Below, one piece after another: positions 59,751-64,000 of a stretch of 64,000 nt of DNA (within the stretch, counting starts at the first letter, position 1; every line of letters starts with the position of its first letter). This DNA comes from Nitrososphaeria archaeon. Lineage in GTDB: Archaea > Thermoproteota > Nitrososphaeria > Conexivisphaerales > DTJL01. The notes under the pieces were generated by a model. The model was not told where the DNA came from. It made no database searches and saw nothing but the letters and a program-made list of their open reading frames with translations. A program made the position numbers and the translations under genes. Location: NCBI GenBank assembly GCA_029775965.1, contig JARVJU010000004.1, positions 26,524 through 90,523 of the forward strand, given 5' to 3'.

Positions 59751-60626
59751 TTATTGATAATTCTTGAGCATTGCAAACTGTCTTTCTGCAGAAGAAGCGT
59801 CGGGTATCTTCTCAAGAGCCGGCCTATCAATGTAAACAGTAGAGCAACTCAGAGCAAATATAAGAGCATCATACAGCTGCATGTTGTATCTTGCGAAGGT
59901 ATAAGCAGCCCCCAGCAGGTCTCCTGCACCTACTGCATCCATGACATTGGTGTGGGGTTGACGCGCATAATAGCTGGCATCGGCTGTATAAAGCTTGGCA
60001 CCATGCCTTCCCATTGTTATTATGACCTCCTTTACCCCTTTTCTGAGAAGTTCTTCGGCTATCAGTTTCGGGTCGGATCTCTGCGTGATTATATAGCCCT
60101 CTTCCATGTCAACCTTCATAGCATCTACATGAGGAAGAAGTTCGTTCAATCCGTCGTTCTTTGTGAGCAGTACCTTTCCTTTCTTTGCCTGTCTCAGAAA
60201 GCCCTGGGGATCCAGATAGACGAATCTTCCTTTTTTTGTAAGTTCTATAGCTGTTGATACAGATAATTCCCCAACCACAGGCGCGATAAGCACAGCATCG
60301 AAGTTGTTCAAATTTGATGGATAAATCTCATCACAGATATCAATTATCTCTAGCTCTCTGCTATCTTCTTCAATTCGAATTCTGAACTTTGTAGTTGGGG
60401 ACTTCACCATCGGCTTATCTATGAACTTTAATCCATTCTGAAGAATCCATCTTATCCTCTCGTCTCCTATATCAGCTCCAAACCTTGTCAGCACCTTCGG
60501 CTCTACACCCATTTTCATCATGAGAAGGCCCATATAGATTGGTGGTCCCCCAAGGCTTGTGTATTCTTTGCTAGGAAGCTGTATCTTATCAAGGGTAACG
60601 TGCCCTACAATCAGCACGCTCATCAT
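59751..60626 (-). CDS. PfkB-family carbohydrate/nucleoside kinase
   Basis: GGPPIYMG N-terminal block and the C-terminal DAVGAGDLLGAAY signature. The 185-aa plus-strand ORF opposite is antisense noise. Confidence 0.8.
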   Translation of the reverse strand: MMSVLIVGHVTLDKIQLPSKEYTSLGGPPIYMGLLMMKMGVEPKVLTRFGADIGDERIRWILQNGLKFIDKPMVKSPTTKFRIRIEEDSRELEIIDICDEIYPSNLNNFDAVLIAPVVGELSVSTAIELTKKGRFVYLDPQGFLRQAKKGKVLLTKNDGLNELLPHVDAMKVDMEEGYIITQRSDPKLIAEELLRKGVKEVIITMGRHGAKLYTADASYYARQPHTNVMDAVGAGDLLGAAYTFARYNMQLYDALIFALSCSTVYIDRPALEKIPDASSAERQFAMLKNYQ

Positions 60627-60642
60627 ATATGCGCACGCTTGC

Positions 60643-60930
60643 TCAGTGTAGTCTTGTAAGTGTTATCAATACTTCTGATTCAACTGTTGGTCTTCCGAGA
60701 GCCTCGAATACGCTTTTGCTTACGTAAAATGACCAAACAGGTTCAAGATGGCTAGCTGTTTCCTGTTCAATGAGCTCAGATTCTATCTCTCCATCAGAAT
60801 AGACTATTCTACCTCTCTTCTGTTTCGGTTCCGGTCTGTCATCCTGGGGCGCTATTATCAACTCTATTCTCTTCCTTCCCATCCTTACCTGAAGAACTTC
60901 TCCAACGATTGTAGCCTTTGCCTGAGCCAT
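60643..60930 (-). CDS. hypothetical protein (95 aa)
   Basis: An ORF with no recognisable motifs. It sits 17 nt downstream of the PfkB start region on the same strand. Confidence 0.3.
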   Translation of the reverse strand: MAQAKATIVGEVLQVRMGRKRIELIIAPQDDRPEPKQKRGRIVYSDGEIESELIEQETASHLEPVWSFYVSKSVFEALGRPTVESEVLITLTRLH

Positions 60931-61099
60931 GCTCTTCGATGATAGGGTTGGTTTGATATACCGGAAGGACTAATCTTTTTGACGGGAAGCCAAAATCTAT
61001 CGGCCTTGTGTTACATATAATGCATTCATCTTCAAAGGGGTTCATAGCAGGTGATCAATGACATGCATTAATGTGTATTTAGATACTGAAACAGCTTGG

Positions 61100-61552
61100 A
61101 GCGCAACTACAGCCCGAAAGAAGAAGGGAAGGTGCGTGACATGATTACCCATATGATACTGGTCTGGGGCAGGCAGGGCAGAGAGGATCAAGGACGCATT
61201 GCACAAATTATGAACAAGGATGGTGAAAGAGCAACATAGTGCACCGTTCGTCTTCGAGGAGCTGAATGGGACAAGGAAGACCAGCAAGGAGGCGAAGAGA
61301 AGCAAGAAGCTTCGCATGTATCTCAACAGGTGGCCATACAGGATGTACCAGTCTATGATTGAGTACAAATCAACAAAACGCACAATCTATGTCAGCCCAC
61401 TGGGGACCTCGAGCAATTGTCCTGTTAGCGGTGGAAGACTAGAGCGCTAAGCATGGACTATGAGCAAATGCATCAAATGCGGCGTTGACTACTGCAGGGA
61501 CAGGCTCGCCAGTCTTTCAAATCTCTACCATACTCTTCGCCTCTTCGAGTAA
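61100..61552 (+). pseudogene. tnpB: tnpB (IS605 OrfB) remnant
   Basis: A single frame reads RIKDALHKL*TRMVKEQHSAPFVFEELNGTRK...RWPYRMYQSMIEYKS...TSSNCPVSGG..ER*..KCIKCGVDYCRDRLASLSNL. The RuvC and zinc-finger blocks are recognisable. There are a TGA at 61211 and a TAA at 61448. Confidence 0.7.
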
Positions 61553-61744
61553 TCGTTTTGCCGTGCGTGCTGTTTGCTTCCGGCGGTAGATGAGGGATAA
61601 ATACCTGTACCATCACAGCAGACATGATGCTGCGGGACCGGGCTGGACCGATGCTGAGGAACAGCCTCTACTTATCAAAAGAAGGATAAGCAAGTTTGTT
61701 CCTGTGAAGCAAGAAGCCTATGACTTCAGTCGTAGGTAGTTCAC
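61553..61744 (+). ncRNA. omega-RNA/reRNA-like right-end region of the second decayed IS
   Basis: Non-coding tail directly 3' of the tnpB remnant. It has a terminal hairpin, and GTGAA at 61704-61708 can pair with the terminal TTCAC. Confidence 0.35.
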
Positions 61745-62032
61745 ATAATTCCAATAGCAAAGAGACAGTTGAAATACATCCTAGCAAAGGAGAGATTCTC
61801 TTTCACTTTGCCTTGGTTAATCCCAGCAAAGTGATCTGACCTAACATGATATCATCCTCAATGATCCTTCTTGTCTTTGTGAAATCTAATAGTTTCACAA
61901 GGTTGTTAGATAGTGCGCGAATTCTATTATAGCTTGTAGTGATGTGTAGGATAAGTAATCTGGAACTGAATAAGTCTAGGCATGATTTAAAACCTGAGGC
62001 TTGCTGGCTATTAACAGGTTGCATGATCTGAC

Positions 62033-62587
62033 ATGCCAAAGCAAGTAAAGATTCTTATTACAGGTTCTCCAGCTACGGGCAAGAGGTCAGTGGCATCGTT
62101 AATCTGTAAAAGGACAATGTGTAAATGTATTTCTATAAACGAAATAGCTAGTGCTGTCCCACACGTGACTTATAAAAACGAAATTGTTCTGAATCGAAGT
62201 GCTGTAAAAAGGAGACTTAGGTCAGAGGTATCTGGAATCAACTCTTATGTTATCTACGGAAACCTTGCTTGGGAAGTAGTGCAGAAAGATCTAATAGATA
62301 TTGTTGTTGTTCTCAGATGCAACCCCTTAGTTTTGTATCAGAGATATAGGCGGAGAGGGTATGATGAGGAAAAAAGCAAAGATAATGTTGTGGCCGAAGC
62401 AATAGGTCTTGTATACCATGAATGCTTGAAAAGCTTCGGCCCTATGGTAGAGGTCATAGATGTCACATATGAAAGCTTAGAAAGAATAGTAGATAGGATA
62501 CTTGGGGGTAAATTTGATAATCCATCGTCGATAGACTGGCTTGAACTAGCAAGCAGAGATCAGAATCTGCTAAGGCTGCTTCTTTGA
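62033..62587 (+). CDS. Fap7/AK6-like adenylate kinase
   Basis: ILITGSPATGKRS is the P-loop. 184 aa, the size and layout of archaeal Fap7-type kinases. Confidence 0.7.
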   Translation: MPKQVKILITGSPATGKRSVASLICKRTMCKCISINEIASAVPHVTYKNEIVLNRSAVKRRLRSEVSGINSYVIYGNLAWEVVQKDLIDIVVVLRCNPLVLYQRYRRRGYDEEKSKDNVVAEAIGLVYHECLKSFGPMVEVIDVTYESLERIVDRILGGKFDNPSSIDWLELASRDQNLLRLLL

Positions 62588-63166
62588 CGAGCGCTTTACA
62601 ATTTCTGCATCTATGGCTGCAAGTATAGAACTCCTCATTCTTGCAACATTAATTACAGCTTCCCCAGCTCTAAGCTCAGAGAGGTATTTTGTCTGATGCT
62701 CGTTTAGGTTCATTGCATCAGCTAGTATCTGATGTCACTGCTCCATGCAGTTCTATGAACTATTCTTATTTCTGTATTCTTGAGAGCTCTAAGTGCAAGA
62801 ATCTATGCATCTCGTGCTATGGCATAAGCTATTTCTATTGCTTCAGAAACTCTTTCTATCATATCAAAGATATATCCTCTGCTTCTGGATGCAGCAGACC
62901 TGATTCCATAATCTGATATTATCTTCATATATTGCGGTGTAAAAGACGCAAACCTGAGCTGTCTGAAGGCTAGAAGGTCATATGGATCCTGTGATCCAAT
63001 AAAACTGCACAACTCTGCATCTTTAGGCCTAAGGTCGATAAGACTTTGATAAGTTTCCTGAGTGTTTACTCCTTGTTGTAGAACTCCGCATGTCTTACAA
63101 ACCAGTCCCTCATCGCATACTGTAACTTCACCTCACATTTTTACAGACGACAGTTTGCTTTGACAT
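62570..63166 (-). pseudogene. disrupted gene with a TFIIB/TFB-like zinc ribbon (one +1 shift, one TAG, one further shift)
   Basis: MSKQTVVCKNV then a frameshift to GEVTVCDEGLVCKTCGVL..., an in-frame TAG at 62803, then the tail ...ILADAMNLNEHQTKYLSEL...IVKRSS in a third frame. The family assignment is tentative. Confidence 0.35.
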
Positions 63167-63340
63167 GGGATAATCAATTTAGCATGCCGGATATGGCTGT
63201 AGCAAGTTTCTCTCCTATTATCTGATACATTATGTATCTGTTGATTTGGGCTAATCTAGGGTGTAGGGTGGATAATGTCAATCTTCTGTATGACCGAGAT
63301 ACTTTAATACTTTCGAAATTATTGTCACGCCGGAGAGAAG

Positions 63341-63784
63341 ATGTCTGCAGCTCCGGCGAGAAGATTCGCGGAGGAGCTAGCGTCCTTTGGCGGAAAGAAG
63401 GTAACTGTGGAAACAGTCGACGGAAAACGCTACGAAGGGATAGCCCTTGGCATACAAGAAAATCTGTCCATAATACTCGGAAGCTTAGAGGGTGAGGAAA
63501 GAGCATACAAGATAGCTATCGGAGGACATGCAGTAAAAGAGATCAGACTTGTAGAGAAACCTTTTGACCTGAGAGCTCTTGCAGATTCTATAAGCAGAAC
63601 TTTTCCTGGACTTGTAAGGTACAGAGAAGATATAGGCGCAATAATTGTAATGGATAAGATAAAGGTTACAGAAAGTGGGGTGGTTGAAGGTACAGGCCCG
63701 AGTGCAGATAAAGTAAGGCAGATATACGATGATTACATAAGAACATTAAAGAAATCGCCAAAGGAACAGTTGCAAGCTATTTAG
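63341..63784 (+). CDS. LSm/Sm-like archaeal protein with a C-terminal extension (SmAP3-like layout)
   Basis: KKVTVETVDGKRYEGIALGIQENLSIIL...KEIRLV are Sm1/Sm2-like blocks, followed by an extra domain of about 70 aa. Confidence 0.65.
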   Translation: MSAAPARRFAEELASFGGKKVTVETVDGKRYEGIALGIQENLSIILGSLEGEERAYKIAIGGHAVKEIRLVEKPFDLRALADSISRTFPGLVRYREDIGAIIVMDKIKVTESGVVEGTGPSADKVRQIYDDYIRTLKKSPKEQLQAI

Positions 63785-64000
63785 TTAATGGTTTATTTTT
63801 TTCATTACCGTCTTTAGCAGACCCTGCTATTCCCATTCTGGTCAACTCGTAGGGATCAAATATCTTATCCAGCTGCTCCTTAGGAAGAAGTCTCATCTCA
63901 AGCGCGACGTCCTTTATTGTCTTATTCTCTGCAAGTGCCTTCTTAACAACCTCCGCTGCCTTCATATAGCCTATGTAAGGGTTCAAGGCAAGAGCAACTC
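63777..64000 (-). CDS. class II fumarate hydratase / aspartase family protein, C-terminal fragment (5' end outside the window)
   Basis: The frame is open to the window edge. ALALNPYIGYMKAAEVVKKA...TIKDVALEMRLL..EQLDKIFDP matches the fumarase/aspartase C-terminal helix bundle. Confidence 0.7.
   Translation of the reverse strand, partial: VALALNPYIGYMKAAEVVKKALAENKTIKDVALEMRLLPKEQLDKIFDPYELTRMGIAGSAKDGNEKNKPLTK

Larger units (their letters stand above)
61046..61744 (+). mobile_element. second decayed, 5'-truncated IS200/IS605-family (tnpB-only) element
   Basis: A tnpB C-terminal half with in-frame stops, followed by a tail of about 190 nt ending GCAAGAAG-CCTATGAC-TTCA-GTCGTAGG-TAGTTCAC at 61744. 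Confidence 0.7.

Noticed and set aside
59700-60257. 185-aa plus-strand ORF.
   Set aside because: The opposite strand encodes a PfkB kinase with the diagnostic DAVGAGD signature. The plus-strand product has no recognisable features.
61042-61383. 113-aa minus-strand ORF.
   Set aside because: It is antisense to the recognisable tnpB remnant and is probably a by-product of that decayed frame.
61803-62039. 78-aa minus-strand ORF between the IS relic and the Fap7-like gene.
   Set aside because: It has no motifs, overlaps the start codon of the Fap7-like gene, and occupies what is probably that gene's promoter region. The coding status is unsupported.
63174-63506. 110-aa minus-strand and 87-aa plus-strand ORFs overlapping the LSm gene start region.
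   Set aside because: The frame with Sm1/Sm2 motifs (63341-63784) explains the region. The other two are out-of-frame or antisense shadows.

Overview
This is a densely packed, moderately AT-rich archaeal chromosomal window with about 65 protein-coding genes on both strands. By eye I found no rRNA, tRNA or CRISPR array. Archaeal identity is supported by aIF2-beta, aIF1A, Rio1, a Dim2-like KH protein, Rpo6/RpoK, Alba, archaeal-type SAM synthetase, EndA, a Fap7-like kinase and an extended LSm protein.

Most of the content is housekeeping or central metabolism:
- Purine salvage and vitamin B6: guaA, hpt, pdxS and pdxT.
- Electron transfer: an etfB-etfA-fixCX operon.
- Carbon and nitrogen metabolism: malic enzyme, malate dehydrogenase, two-subunit 2-oxoacid:ferredoxin oxidoreductase, acyl-CoA dehydrogenase, a P5C-type aldehyde dehydrogenase, an Lrp regulator next to glnA, and gcvPA/gcvPB.
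- Translation: ileS and a translation-initiation gene cluster.
- One-carbon and methylation: metK, a metF-like gene and a Trm112-like gene.
- Cofactors: ubiX, cofE, cofD and a nitroreductase.
- DNA repair: two full-length ATP-dependent DNA ligase paralogues.

I saw no obvious defence island or intact mobile element. The items most worth a second look are:
1. A signal-peptide / single-TM / coiled-coil-tail glycoprotein (30788-32353) whose sequence blocks resemble eukaryotic ribophorin I (OST1).
2. An FtsZ/tubulin-superfamily protein with degenerate GTP-binding loops (35463-36389).
3. Four copies of an IS200/IS605-type right-end, omega-RNA-like terminal module ending in GTAGTT(C/G)AC. Two follow decayed tnpB genes and two are solo relics. 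The hairpin stems differ in sequence but stay paired.
4. A stand-alone nitroreductase translationally coupled to cofD and convergent with cofE. This looks like a split version of actinobacterial FbiB.
5. A fixCX gene whose Rossmann motif lies upstream of any canonical start codon. An ATA codon with a good Shine-Dalgarno (SD) motif is the only candidate start.
6. An M50 (site-2 protease) homologue with HMLGH in place of HExxH.
7. Long charged N-terminal tails on the adjacent rpoK and alba genes.

All functional calls rest on motif recognition by eye from the supplied translations. No database search was run.
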